This document shows, piece after piece, positions 20,145 through 33,168 of a stretch of DNA of 64,000 nt. Below the pieces are notes generated by a model. That model had not been told where the DNA came from. It worked only from the letters and a program-made list of their open reading frames with translations, and made no database searches. Origin of the DNA: Chrysomallon squamiferum (lineage: Eukaryota > Animalia > Mollusca). Location: the NCBI GenBank assembly GCA_012295275.1, contig CM022671.1, positions 32,860,001 through 32,924,000 on the forward strand, given 5' to 3'. The position numbers were made by a program, and so were the translations under genes. How positions within the stretch are numbered: the stretch's first letter is position 1; every line of letters starts with the position of its first letter.

Positions 20145-21858
20145 ATGCATTTAAGGGGTATGACAGAAATTAAAAGAATTGAAAGATCCTTTAGTGGGAC
20201 CAAATCAATCTTGAATGTACAAAGGCAAGCAAAATGTTTTGTTCCAAAATGTGAACCACCCACAGAACTGGATATATATCGATTACAACATTTTATTGAT
20301 CAAAGCAAGCAACTCTTTGTAATGACTGGGGCAGGATTATCAACAGAAAGTGGAATACCAGACTACAGATCTGAAGGTGTAGGTTTATATGCAACTAGCC
20401 CTAACAGACCTGTGCAGTACAATGACTTTTTAAAAAATGCTAACATTAGAAGACGGTACTGGGCAAGAAATTTTGTTGGATGGCCCAGGTTCTCCTCTTT
20501 TTTACCCAACATATCACACAAAATATTTAGCCAGTGGGAACATAAAAACAAAATCAACTGGCTGGTAACACAAAATGTGGATGCCTTGCATTTTAAAGCT
20601 GGAAGCAAAAATATAACAGAATTACATGGCAGTTCACACAGGGTTGAATGTCTGTCATGTAAACAAATAATTCCAAGAAATAAGATGCAGGAAATGATAA
20701 TTTCTCTCAATCCTGATTGGCATGAACAATCCTTTGAAATAGCTCCAGATGGAGATGTCAATCTGACTTGGGATCAAGTGGAAGGATTCAAGGCAAGTTG
20801 TGTAATCTCTGAAGTGAACCCGAATACTGACCTTTACTAATAAAGCACATAATAGTTTAGTCTGTTTTAACTGATACGATAGCAAATTCTCATAAAGTTA
20901 ATTTGGATTTTGTTTTATAATTCATGCCATATCAGTACACTTTAAGCTCTTATTTTTAATATTTGAAATTCATCATAGTTTGTAAGAAATGCATCATATG
21001 GATATTAATTTCATTAAAAAAAGAAAAATAATTTTAAAATAAATAAATAATTAAATAAAAAATTAGAATTAGTCAAAACAAAACAACAATCAGTAGATAC
21101 ACAAAAATTCATTTCAATATCTCAATATTTAATATCTCTAGACAAAGAAAACCTCAAATTAATATATTTTTAGAATACGCTTATCAATTTTGCTTTGTTT
21201 TCTTTTTAACAGGTTCCACCATGTAGTAACTGTGGAGGAATATTAAAGCCAAATATTATATTTTTTGGAGACAATGTACCTCGGAAAATAGTTGATTTTG
21301 TGTTTGATAAACTTAATTCCTGTGATGCAGTGTTAGTGGCTGGATCATCTCTTGAAGTATGTTCTCTAAGATAAAATACCCTTTGGTACAACACTTAAGT
21401 ATTATTAAAATAATGGTTAAAAACAAGAATATTTGTGTTTATTTTATTTTAAAGGGATCTACAATGTTGAATAGTTAAAACAACTTTTTTATATTTATAA
21501 GAGGTTTATAGAATATAAATCTCCTGAACTTGTTATTTTACTATCATTCATCAATTATTATAAAAAAATTTACTGCCAGAAAAGAATCAAAGTAATCATT
21601 GGAAGTATACAATATATAAAGTTAATCTACACTGTAAAATTATAATAAATCAAACTTTTATTTTTTTTTAATTGTATTGTACTTTGATATTTTCAGGTCT
21701 TCTCAGGATATCGCTTCATTATTAAAGCCCATGAAGATGGAAAGCCAATATCCATAGTGAACATTGGCCAAACACGAGCTGATCATCTGGCCAATATCAA
21801 AATTAGTGCAAAATGTGGTGATGTTTTCACTCAAATTCAAGTAGATGATGAAAAGTGA
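20145..21858 (+). CDS. SIRT4: Mitochondrial NAD-dependent sirtuin SIRT4 (3 coding exons; first intron GC-AG)
   Basis: Exons 20145-20792, 21213-21356, 21697-21858. GAGLSTESGIPDYRSEGVGLYA, RRRYWARNFVGWP.FSS, TQNVDALH, ELHG..H.V.C..C, APDGDV, C..CGG.LKP.I.FFGDNV, GSSLEVFSGYRF, VNIGQTRAD. Confidence 0.96.
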
Positions 21859-23004
21859 AATTACAGTGTTTGATGTGGTCATGGTTTTGTCATCTGCCTT
21901 TCATATCAACAAACAATCAACATAACTTTAGCAACATTAGAATCTGTAAATGCATTTAACTCTTGTTATGTTTTTCAATAGTGATTTATCTACTACTAAG
22001 TGGTTTTGTTTGTATATTAATATAATAAACACAGTTTTGCAGAAACTTGTTTATTTGAATATGTACATTTTATTCAGCACAACAATATTTTAAGCTTCTC
22101 TAATATCTTTTTAACAAACACTCATTCAGTGGTAATATACATAAAAATATGTTAATACTGCATATAAACAATAACTTTTGAAAAGAATCACCAACATTTG
22201 ATTGGGACCATAGGTCAAATATTACATTATGAGTCAGTTTTTTCATGACTACAAACATAATTCAAGTACCAAACACTTTTTTTTTTAAAATTACATTTTC
22301 TATTGTAACAAAACTGCCCCAAAAACAACAAAACAAAACAACAAAAAAATACTTTTCTTTCCAAACTGATTTTTTCCAGTAAACTGTTTGAACTAAAAGG
22401 TAATTCATCATTCAAAAATACACTATAATAAAAAATATAGTCTTATAATGGATAATTCACCATTTCAATTCTGATTGATTAACAAAGAATTATATATAAA
22501 AGACTTAAACAAAATTGCATAATAAAACAATATTTTTTTTATTGCACTGATTTTTTAAAAATGAATTTCTAATCTTTGTTCATACATACTTTAGTTAGAA
22601 GAATATAAATTATTTTTCCATTCAAATTTTGAATAATTAGAAAATTGCTTATAAAATGTTATTTTAAATCTAAGTTTCTTTTGATGGGTCTTTTGATATT
22701 CATGAATACAATACACAACAAAAATAAAAATTAAAAAATAAACAAAGTAACAAGAGGTAAAGAGTTCCAGCAGGATACTACATTTAAAAACATAAAAACT
22801 TGAGTTACCTTTTTTTTATAACTACTATATATTTTAAAAGAAAATACTGAAGACTATTTTCTTCTTTTGTTTTTCACTCCTTATTTTCAGAAAAAATTAT
22901 AAAATATGATACAAAAAATACTTTTCACATTGACTACCTGAGACAGTCTCTGGAAAAACTCCATTAAATGCAATTATAATAAATCTAGCTTCCATGGTTA
23001 GTTT

Positions 23005-26000
23005 TTACTGAACACGTTTTAAAATGCACACGAGATTATTATCTGTCCCAAAGGCAATGTACTCCTTGTCTGAACTTACAGCCACTGCATTCACAACAAT
23101 TTTCTGAAATAAAAAACATTATCATCATTTTAAACTGTAAATATTGTTAACCATTACAGAAATCAAGAACGTAAATGAATCAGTATAAACTATAATATTA
23201 CAGCAAGTATTACATGCATTAGTGTTTGCGAGGAGAATATCTCTATTAAACTCAATGGACAGTTCATTGCTAATGTGGAAATAAAATTAATCATATTAGT
23301 TTTGATGAACATGTTTAAAAACTACAGGATACATTTAAAATATTATTAACTTATTACCTTAGTCTGACAGAGCTGGTTTATGTCAATACCTGTCTGTTCA
23401 TCACATTCTAACACAGGCCAGTCAAGAATCTAAAAAAAATAGAATGAATATTACAACAAATCTGATTTATTATATTATCAATGAAAAACATAAAAAATAA
23501 AGTTGCACACATATCAAAATTTAAAACAAACCAAAAAGGTTGAATGCATGGTAAAATTCAAAAACTAAATCTAAAAAGATGATTAAACACAGTAATGGTT
23601 GTCAATTGATTCAAAGTAAGGACAGATGATAATCAAAATCATAGGAAAGATGTGATTTGAAATATGTTGAAGTTTACAGGAAGTTACTGACAGTTTTCTT
23701 TATTACAAAATATATAATATAATCACCAAATTCCAGCATGACTTTTCCCTGTATGCATGTGTTTGGTTTTGTTATGTATTTTGAATGAATAAACAAATCC
23801 ACTAATGTTGTTTCTCATCTTCCACAATAGTAAAGGTACAGATTTTAAAAAATTAAATTAAATTATTTTGTATCTTTATAATATCAAATTTATTAAACGA
23901 TTCACATTCACACAGGATATTATTTCTAAAGCATATGTTAAACGTCACCTTTGAAGGAACAAGTAAACTGTCAACCTGCTTCTGTTTCTTTAATATGTTT
24001 TCTACATTGTATAGGAAAATACTTCCTTTGTCATCTCCAACAGCAAGGATCCCTTGAAAAAAATAAATAAAATATGAATTATCTTTCTTTTTTGTTAAAT
24101 ACCTTCTTCAGTTAAAAAATGGTTATTAAAATTTGTAAGTCAAAATGACCATGCTCTCATCATTCAAAAAAAAGAAGGAAAAAAGAAAACAAAAAAGGAA
24201 AAGAAAACTGGTCAAACACATCCTTTTAAATAATTCATTTGTTGTCCTAGGGATGGAATTTAAATAATAATTTTAATGAAAAAACAAAAACATACTCAGT
24301 GTAATCATTTAATGCTAATAAAAAGAGTAAATCATAATCAGAAAAGAAACCATACCAGATGCAAAGCCAAAATTAAGGTAATCAACATCGGTATATGCAT
24401 ATTCCAGTGTAGCCAAGGGCTGAACCTAATTTTCTTCTTCTTTACACATGCATGTTCAGCCAAGTCCCAGATGTGAATTCTTCCTGTCCCAACCTGTTTG
24501 GTAGCTACAGAAATATAACAATGACAACAATAAAAAATTTTTAATAATGTGCCACATTAGAAAGATATGTGAAATCCTTTACTTCCACTGATATTTACTG
24601 CAATTTTATTAAATAATAAAAAACCATTATCATAAAATTGTTATATTTGAACAAGACAGCATTTTCAATTCTCTTACCTAATATTGTAAATATTTAAATT
24701 AACAAAATATCTGATTAAAAATTACAAATAGTAAAAACTGTAAAACCATTCACTGAATCATAACATTAAAATCAGTTTAAACATAAAACATTAATATAAA
24801 TAACATGCAACAAACAATGAGGTAACTTACCAACAAAATGATCCTGTAACATCACTAAACCATCCACAGTGAGGCTGGGATTTGCATCAGGGAAAACACA
24901 CTTGAATGAAGGCTCACTGGAAGAAATTATTTAACATGGTTTTATATTAATTTAAGATTTTCCATTATCATATGAAGAAACTTGTTATTAATGTTTATTT
25001 TTTTGTAGTCACCTTCTATTTAACATAATTAAAACACATTATAATTATATTCATCATTTTCTTATATGAAAGGCTGATAACAAATTTACATTCATGTAAT
25101 CAGTACATATTTCAACTCTCTAGATATATACTAACATTTATGAAGATTTTTGAAGCAACATGCATGACAGAAGTTAAATGTATGGCATAGCTTTTAACTT
25201 TCCATCAACCCCCCCATACTAGGTCAGTTTTAGTATATAATATAACTATAATATATATACGTACAATATAAGCTTCAACTTCTTATTTTTGGAGTCAATA
25301 TCTTTGGCATCAAGGTTCCAGCCTAAACAAGCCTCCTCACAAGCCGCAAGCAGTGTGTTGGTTTTCAAACAGAACACAAGGTTAATTGCATCTGTACCTG
25401 GTACATCTATTTTTAACACTGGACTGAAACAAATAGTTAAACGTTTTTTGTTTCAAGATGGGACATGAGAAGTAGCTGCTGCTATCAGTGATACTGTCTT
25501 AAATGATTATTATGTGTAAATATTTTGTAAAAGAAAATAAAAAAATACATGCAACCCTGTTATCAACCTGAAAAAAAAAAAGAAGGAAAGAGTTGGAATG
25601 GATAAATATTCACTTACTTGCTGATTGAGACGTGCTGACTTCCTTCTGGTTTGCTGATATGCCACATGTATATCAACCCCTCCTGTCCACCACCTGTTTG
25701 ATAAATTATCACATTTTTTTAAATTTTGTAGCCTAAAGGCAAACACTTCAGAATTTATAATCTACATTCTTGTTCACAAAAACAAACCAGTTATTTTATT
25801 TTTCTAAAAAATTATAGTTAAATAATCTTATGTAGGTTATACAACATATCTGTCAGACAACAAGACTGAAAAAAACCAAAATAATTTCAAACAGTTGATA
25901 GGACCAAACTGGCCAATATATTTAATACCATCATTCATGTTATGGTTCTAAATGTCACTAGACTCAGATTTTCGATAATAATAAAATGTAATAATATAAC

Positions 26001-28135
26001 ATGCTTATTAGTATACATAAAGGTGTCATTTTATTTTTATTATTATTGTTGTTTTTTAATCATTCTAAATGATAATACTGAGACTGAAGACTGGTAAAGG
26101 GACACTAATTTACAACTTATATTTAAAATTGTTTTCCTCTATAAAACGTAACACTGATGGGAAAAAAGCTGCACATATAATTTCTTTTAAATTTTATCAT
26201 CAGCAAATATTGGTTTTGAGTGACAAACTACACGTAATAACATATGATTCAGAGTAAAGGTGCCCGTCTTCACAGGTACACCTTAAAGTCTCTGTAAATA
26301 TAAACTAAGTTTGAATGAAATTAACTTACTAAAAAGGCAGTGGGGTTTGCTGGGATGGAAGAGAAGACAACTCACATACTTCTTGTGCCCATGTAGTTTA
26401 CCATACATTACTAGCTGTGATGGATCAATTAACTTGATAGCCCGACCTTCACCTTCAAAAACATGTCAAATAACTATGAAAATAAAATTATGATATTTCA
26501 ATGTTAATAAAGCATATAATATAACAGTATATTGTTTTTAATCTCTTTTTAACCATATCTCAACATTAATAAACTCAACATTGTAAACTAACAAAAATAT
26601 AATTAACTTTTTTACTGTTCTATGAAAAACAATGGTAAGTTCAAAACTCATTTTAAACATTAATTTTATTTCATGTAGGTGGTTTTCTTCTTTAATATTT
26701 TTTTTTTTAAAGTAGTTTTTGCTTCAGGTTTTTCTTCAAACTTTGGAGGATTATAGCTACACTGCTAATGCTATATTCCAACTGACAGATGTTTGTACAA
26801 AACAGATTTAATTAAGATTACCAGCAACTGCAAGAATATTACTGCCTTCTCCATCATCAGTATCCAGTGTGGTCCAGGCTAATGTGTAAAATGACTGAAA
26901 CAAAAACAAAATATGAAAAATGCATGATCCACTTGATTAAATCAAACAATTATTATAATTAACAAAAGTAAACTACTTTAGATTGAACCCTTCAGGCTAC
27001 TCTTTCTTTCACGTACTTGTGACATTATATTTGAGATATAAAATAATTAAAAAAATGCTATGGTATTTAAAGACAATAGGTATACAGCTTATAGCAAGAT
27101 CATCCAGAAATTGCTCAGTCTCTTCCATTCTGATATATATATGCCTTTCTATGTTCATAAAGCACTATAAATTAGAAAGCTCAGACTGGCTTTGGCTGTA
27201 ATCTCTTGACCCATGAAGGCAGAAACAAATGATTTCAAGGTCATCATATTTAATAATAATATTAGAAAATGTATATATACTTACTTCTTTGACATTATCA
27301 TCTTTGTATCTGCGGAGAACTCGGCCACTGATACAATCAGTGAAACACACAATATTACCACCACAAGTAGCTAACACATTTGTATTGCCTGAAAAACATG
27401 ATGGGAAATAGTATTTCATCTGGTTGAAATGTTTAAAATTAATGGCTACAATTTTATTTTTAACTTTTTAATAACAGTGCTAAAGAATTTTGTAAAAGAA
27501 ATATGCCTGTACAAATTATGATAATAATAAAATAAGGAAATCCAAATTTCAGGACTTACAAGTAAATCTTAAATAAATGAATTCAAGAATACCTTTTAGC
27601 TTTACAATAAAAAAAAACATCAGGATTATAAATAAAATGCAGTATTAAATGATATTTAGGTTGATAAATAGGATAATTACTTTCCAGTGTAAACTACAAA
27701 CCTGAGTTGTCTTTTCTTGGTTCAAAAGCACATCTCCATACTTTTGTCTCGTTGTCATTGGGATCGTTGTCCTCTGAATGACATCGGAGATAGTACAAAG
27801 AATCAAAATCATCAAGTGGTGGCTGAAATTATTAAACATTTTAATATGTATCCTAGATAGTGCAAGCATGCATAATTATTTAACAAATAACATACAGGAT
27901 ACTGCTGAAAACTATGGTTGCCAGAAATTACAATATTTTCACATTATTTTTTTTATCTTAGAAGTTAGAAATATATAAATTCTTTTAAAAAGAAAAAAGA
28001 AAACAAAGAAAAAAATAAAATTAAAATGAAGTATGAATCAGTACAGAAAACAGAAAGAACTACAACATGGTTACATACTAATGTAGCAGTGTTAGTATCA
28101 ATTTTTCTCTTCGGTGTTCGGTTCCTCTCAGGCAT
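23005..28135 (-). CDS. LRWD1: LRWD1/ORCA-like WD40 protein without N-terminal LRRs (~407 aa, 12 coding exons); one exon is 1 nt short of frame
   Basis: Exons 28135-28079, 27822-27702, 27388-27285, 26894-26822, 26452-26330, 25693-25618, 25423-25265, 24916-24831, 24504-24356, 24052-23949, 23429-23358, 23103-23005. YLRCHSEDNDPND.ETKVWRCAFEP, LATCGG, FYTLAWTTL, ILAVAG, HGHKK, VDGL, VGDDKGSIFLY, ILDWP and TDNNLV match the remembered LRWD1 C-terminal half. Confidence 0.85.
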
Positions 28136-28480
28136 TGGACTCAATACTGAAAATAAATTAATTCTTATCAGGAAAGGCAACAAAGAAATTAAATATATAT
28201 AATCATGATAATTTATTTCAGGGTAGACTGGTATTTAAATATCTATTATTAAACTTATTTGTTAAGATATTCTTTAATAAGATGTTTATTAATGAATGCT
28301 TAATATTATTCATGTCACCTAACTGTTCTTACATTTAACATTCTCTTAATTGTTTAACAACAAGAACAAAAATTCAAAATACAGTTTATAATTTATTAAG
28401 CAGAACTAGTACAAACGAGGGTAATTGTAGTTGTTTTTCTTTGCAAAATTAAATTAAATGTTTTATATATATATATAATA

Positions 28481-28544
<64 letters not shown>

Positions 28545-28931
28545 GCGTGTGTGTGAGGGCGCGTGCGTGCAGTATTTTTTATTTGTTTAGTTTTGTCAGG
28601 AGTTGCGGCCGAAGGGATGTTTTGCTTGTGTTTATTTTTTAATACTGAACACTAGAACAGTGAATCAGTAACGATTTTTTTTTTCTTTCCATTTAATCAA
28701 ATTAATTATCACACTCTGTCATTCACATCATAATATTCATCCCTTGACACTAACATTCCCGTACTTATACAACCCCGTTCTTAAATTTAAAAATAGTCAG
28801 ACGATAAATCTCGATCTGAGAATAGCTCAGAATACTCATACTGAATAATGTGAATTGCGAATATGACGACCGAAAATATGTGCGAATAACGTTTGAAAAA
28901 TAATAATTAAATTTTCAATTTCTTTCATTAC

Positions 28932-29135
28932 CTGTATTTTTGTTGCCTGAGTCTTCTCTTTATGCGGATATTAATTAATTAAAATGTAACTTAATATTTT
29001 GTTTATTTTTCATGCGAACCCACATTCCCGCCGAAGAGCTTTCTTTTGTCCCATTATGAAATTGTATCTGAATTTGATTTCGGTCATCCCATCAGTAAAT
29101 ATCAGACAAACATTTGTTTGGGACGTCCGGTTTGT
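28932..29135 (-). promoter_or_regulatory. Probable non-coding first exon and promoter of the LRWD1-like gene, with an E2F-type GGCGGGAA site (29025-29032)
   Basis: Minus-strand donor CAG|GTAATG at 28931, local CpG enrichment, and an in-frame TAA with no ATG after it, so the exon is 5' UTR. Confidence 0.5.
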
Positions 29136-29643
29136 AAATCGGATTCTTGCTACAATAATTTTTAAAGTATCAACATAGATAAGTTACCCGGTGAATCATT
29201 GCATTGTTTGTTTTGTTTATTTCATTTAATTTCATTGATAATAAAATATAATAAATAATAGTAAAAAGCATATTATAAATTAAAAATACACCGCATAACG
29301 CCGACCAGAAAACATCATACTTAGATACAACATAAATGAATTTCTATAATTTACAAAGTTGTAATAATTAAGAACACAGTTCTACATTTATAGTGCGATA
29401 ACAATTTTTAAACATTATTACTGTTGCATGCATTCATATACATATGCGCACGCGCATAATGTATATATACTGAAATTAAAATTAAAAATATATCAAAGTA
29501 AATTATAAAAGCCACAAATATGCTTAATATTACGTTGTTTCGGTAATTAATCATTCGTTTAGGCTTAGACCAAGAGATCTACTGATATATAAATATACTG
29601 ATCTACAGGGCTCTTTCAGAAAACACTGCAATGATCACAAAGT

Positions 29644-29688
<45 letters not shown>

Positions 29689-29875
29689 CATACATACCTA
29701 CATACATATATATTCTTGTTCTTAATTTCAATTATTATTAGTAGTAGTAGAGTAGCAGTAATAGTAGTAGTAGTGTTATAGTTTATTATTATTATTATTA
29801 TTATTATTGTTCGGTGTTATGGAAATGTTTCATTTACTAGAGTACAAAAGATAATAACATACGTGAACACACGAA

Positions 29876-30360
29876 TTTGTGTGAACACAAACAAACATTC
29901 ATAAACACAATTTTCACACAAACACACACACACATACATACAAACATATATATGTATATATACACAAACACTCACATACACAAATCTTTACACAAAGACA
30001 CATATACACAAACCTTTACACAAACACACATGAACACACATACAAACATACATACATACAAACACATACAAATACTCATACACAAACATAAACATACATA
30101 CATACAAACACATACAAATACTCATACACAAACACAATCATACACATCATATACACATACAGGAAAAAAACCACACAAACATACAGACAACCAACCATAC
30201 ACATAAACAAACACATACACACAAACACAAACAATACACATATTAACACATATACACACAAAAAACATACACGCAGAGATATACATATACACACACATAC
30301 ATACACACACATACACACACAAATACACACAAACACAAACACATACAGATATGCATGTAT
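29876..30360. repeat. Degenerate (CA/CATA/CAAA)n low-complexity tract
   Basis: Read directly; source of spurious H/T- and C/V-rich ORFs. Confidence 0.9.
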
Positions 30361-31468
30361 CAATGTAGAAAGGGAGAGTGAATTATTCCTGTCTGAAACA
30401 GCCATAGTATCCTTTTCTTTTCTTTTTTCTTTTTCTTTTCTTTCTTTCTCTTTTCTATCTTTCTTTACAAGTTATTTTCTTTTTTTTTTTTTAACTTAGT
30501 TTTGTTCGTTATTTATTCAAAATTAAATTTTTTTTCATTTAACTGGAACTTCTCGCAATTTTAAGGAAAAAAAATACTTTTTTTTACTATTTCATTTCTT
30601 TAAGCACCACTTACAAACGCTTAACTAAATGAAACTGTAATTTTATAATACAAATCTTTCAGTACTTGGTGTAATGTCTCTAATTCTTCCCGTTTGATTA
30701 GCATTACAATACATAGCAGTTTAGATTAATAGCGGTTTACGAAAAGAAAGCTCCTATTTCTTTATTTAGTTTTTTTTTTTTTTTTTTCAAAAGAAAATAA
30801 TAGTTATTCATCGATGAAAATTTCGGACATAAAAAAGAGAGAAAGAGTTTGAAAAAAAGAAGAAGAATCAATGCAAACATTCTCTTTTCTGAAATCACAA
30901 AGGGGCGGCTATTCTAACCATATTGTTAACGTCAACATATACAACTTTTCTGAGCTATTGTTGTCTCACTTCAGAATCGCATTTCATTTTACTGTAATCC
31001 GAAATCTAAGGGAAACCTTTTTCTTTTGGGTTAAGGACTTTTATGAATACCAGTTGGTCCATTCAGCCGTTAAGACCTCTAAAAAATAAGTCAAAGAAAC
31101 AGAAAATAAAAGAGATCAAGATTAATATAATATTACATAATATAATATATTTACATTTCTTAAACTTGATTACTTATTAATTAACTAATTTATTTATTTA
31201 TTTAGTTACTTATATATTTACTTACTCACTTTATATAATTTTTATTACTTGTTATTATTTAATTTGTTCATTTCTTTAGGACTTTGATTTTTTTTTACAG
31301 ATTTCCCTCCCCATTCCCTTTCGGCCACTCTGACATATGTACACAGTCATTAATTAATAAAAATAAAACAAAAATAAAACAATACGACAACAAAAATAAT
31401 ACTTATATTTTTAATGAATAAATTCGATAATTTTATTTGATAAATATTCATATTTTATTTTGTGTGAG

Positions 31469-31557
<89 letters not shown>

Positions 31558-32074
31558 ATGCATCCAGAAAATAACAATTAATAAGCAACAAATAAACAAA
31601 GCGCACGCAAATTGAGACACAAAAATTCATTTTTGATTTTAAATATCCAGTCCTTAGTATTCATTAAAAAACCATTAATAAGCCGAATAAAATATATATT
31701 AATAAATAATATTAAACATGTTTAATATCAATGAATTTTATCTTCTATATTCTATGCTAAAATCCATTTAAAGGTTTTCTAAGATCCAACTGAATCTCTA
31801 GTCACAGCATTCAGATATCTTCATAAATTGTCTAATCCGTAGCTACGTATCAAATTAGAATATTTCTCCGTGTATAATTTTTCTGAAATTCATGGTTTTA
31901 ATATAATTATAGCTCTAAAATGTTCTATAGTTCATTCTAAAATAATGTCTACTAGCGTTTGGTTCTCTTTTTCTAATAACCATAGATAAATATATGTAAA
32001 TATAAATATAATTATATATAAATCCAAGTAGTTAGCTTTCTAAATATAAGTAATCATGCATAATAATGTTTATT

Positions 32075-33072
32075 TTAGTGTTTGGCCGATTTGAAGGCAC
32101 TAATAACGTGAAGAGATCTCATCAGGTTTGTTTTTGCTTTTTTGAATTTGCTGATCACCAGACTGTTTTCAGGGTCAAATTCCAGTTTGCTTGGATCCTT
32201 GCACAACCTTCCCTTGATGAATCCGCGTTTTATCGCTTCTTGGACGCCATATCGTTGTCCTGTCACATTGTTCACGTATTCGTTAGTCTCTCTATCCAAT
32301 ATCCCCTGTTTTATGCCTTCCTCAATGGAAATTTTTGATCGTCTTTTCTGGTCGACCACGCCCGTGACTATGTATGTGGTAGAAACGACCTTCGTGCTGC
32401 CCTTAACGATGTTGTCGCTGTTCTCTTGAATGACCAAACCTTCTGCAATGGCCGCACTTACTGGGATTTTCCGTCCGTCTTTTAGCTTATAGCTGATGCC
32501 ATATTCGTCAATAATCTTTCTCCTTCTTGCTTCGGGTTCGTCGATCTTCTCCCCCGTGCTGGGGTCTATGACGAACTGTATGCTGTACTGACTCGTTTCT
32601 TCAAACGATTTTACGACGATAATACCATAGGATTTCTTCTTCTCGCCCTCTCGTCTGTGCGACACGAGTTTCCCAACCAGAAGGTTCTTCTGCACCGCTT
32701 CGGCGATGGACATTTTCTCCTTGGTGAGGAGATTCGTGTAACACGAAAGCTCCTCGTTAAGCAGTCCTCTTTCTTTAGCTGCTTGGATACTTATTTCGGA
32801 GTTGTCTCGAGGGTCGATGGCCGCATTCAGTATGTATCGGTAGGTTTCTTCGTAAGACGATGTTTTGATTTCTTCTTTTTCTATGTCGGTGTGTTCCATT
32901 GTGAGTTGGACCTGGCTCCCAGGGGAGATTACGTCTTCTGATTCTGAGTTTGCACCAGACGGCATTCGAAGCGGAGGCAGAGTTTGTCTTGAAGTTAGAT
33001 ACTTCGCAAGAAAACTGAAAAGAATTTAAGAAGATCTGAATCTGTATATTTTATCAAATTAAAAACTGAGAT

Positions 33073-33168
<96 letters not shown>

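Noticed and set aside
20363-20761. Antisense ORFs over coding exons (also 1323-1580, 14584-14859, 19195-19428, 32142-32429, 32657-32941)
   Set aside because: They are shadows of real exons on the other strand and have no recognisable motifs.
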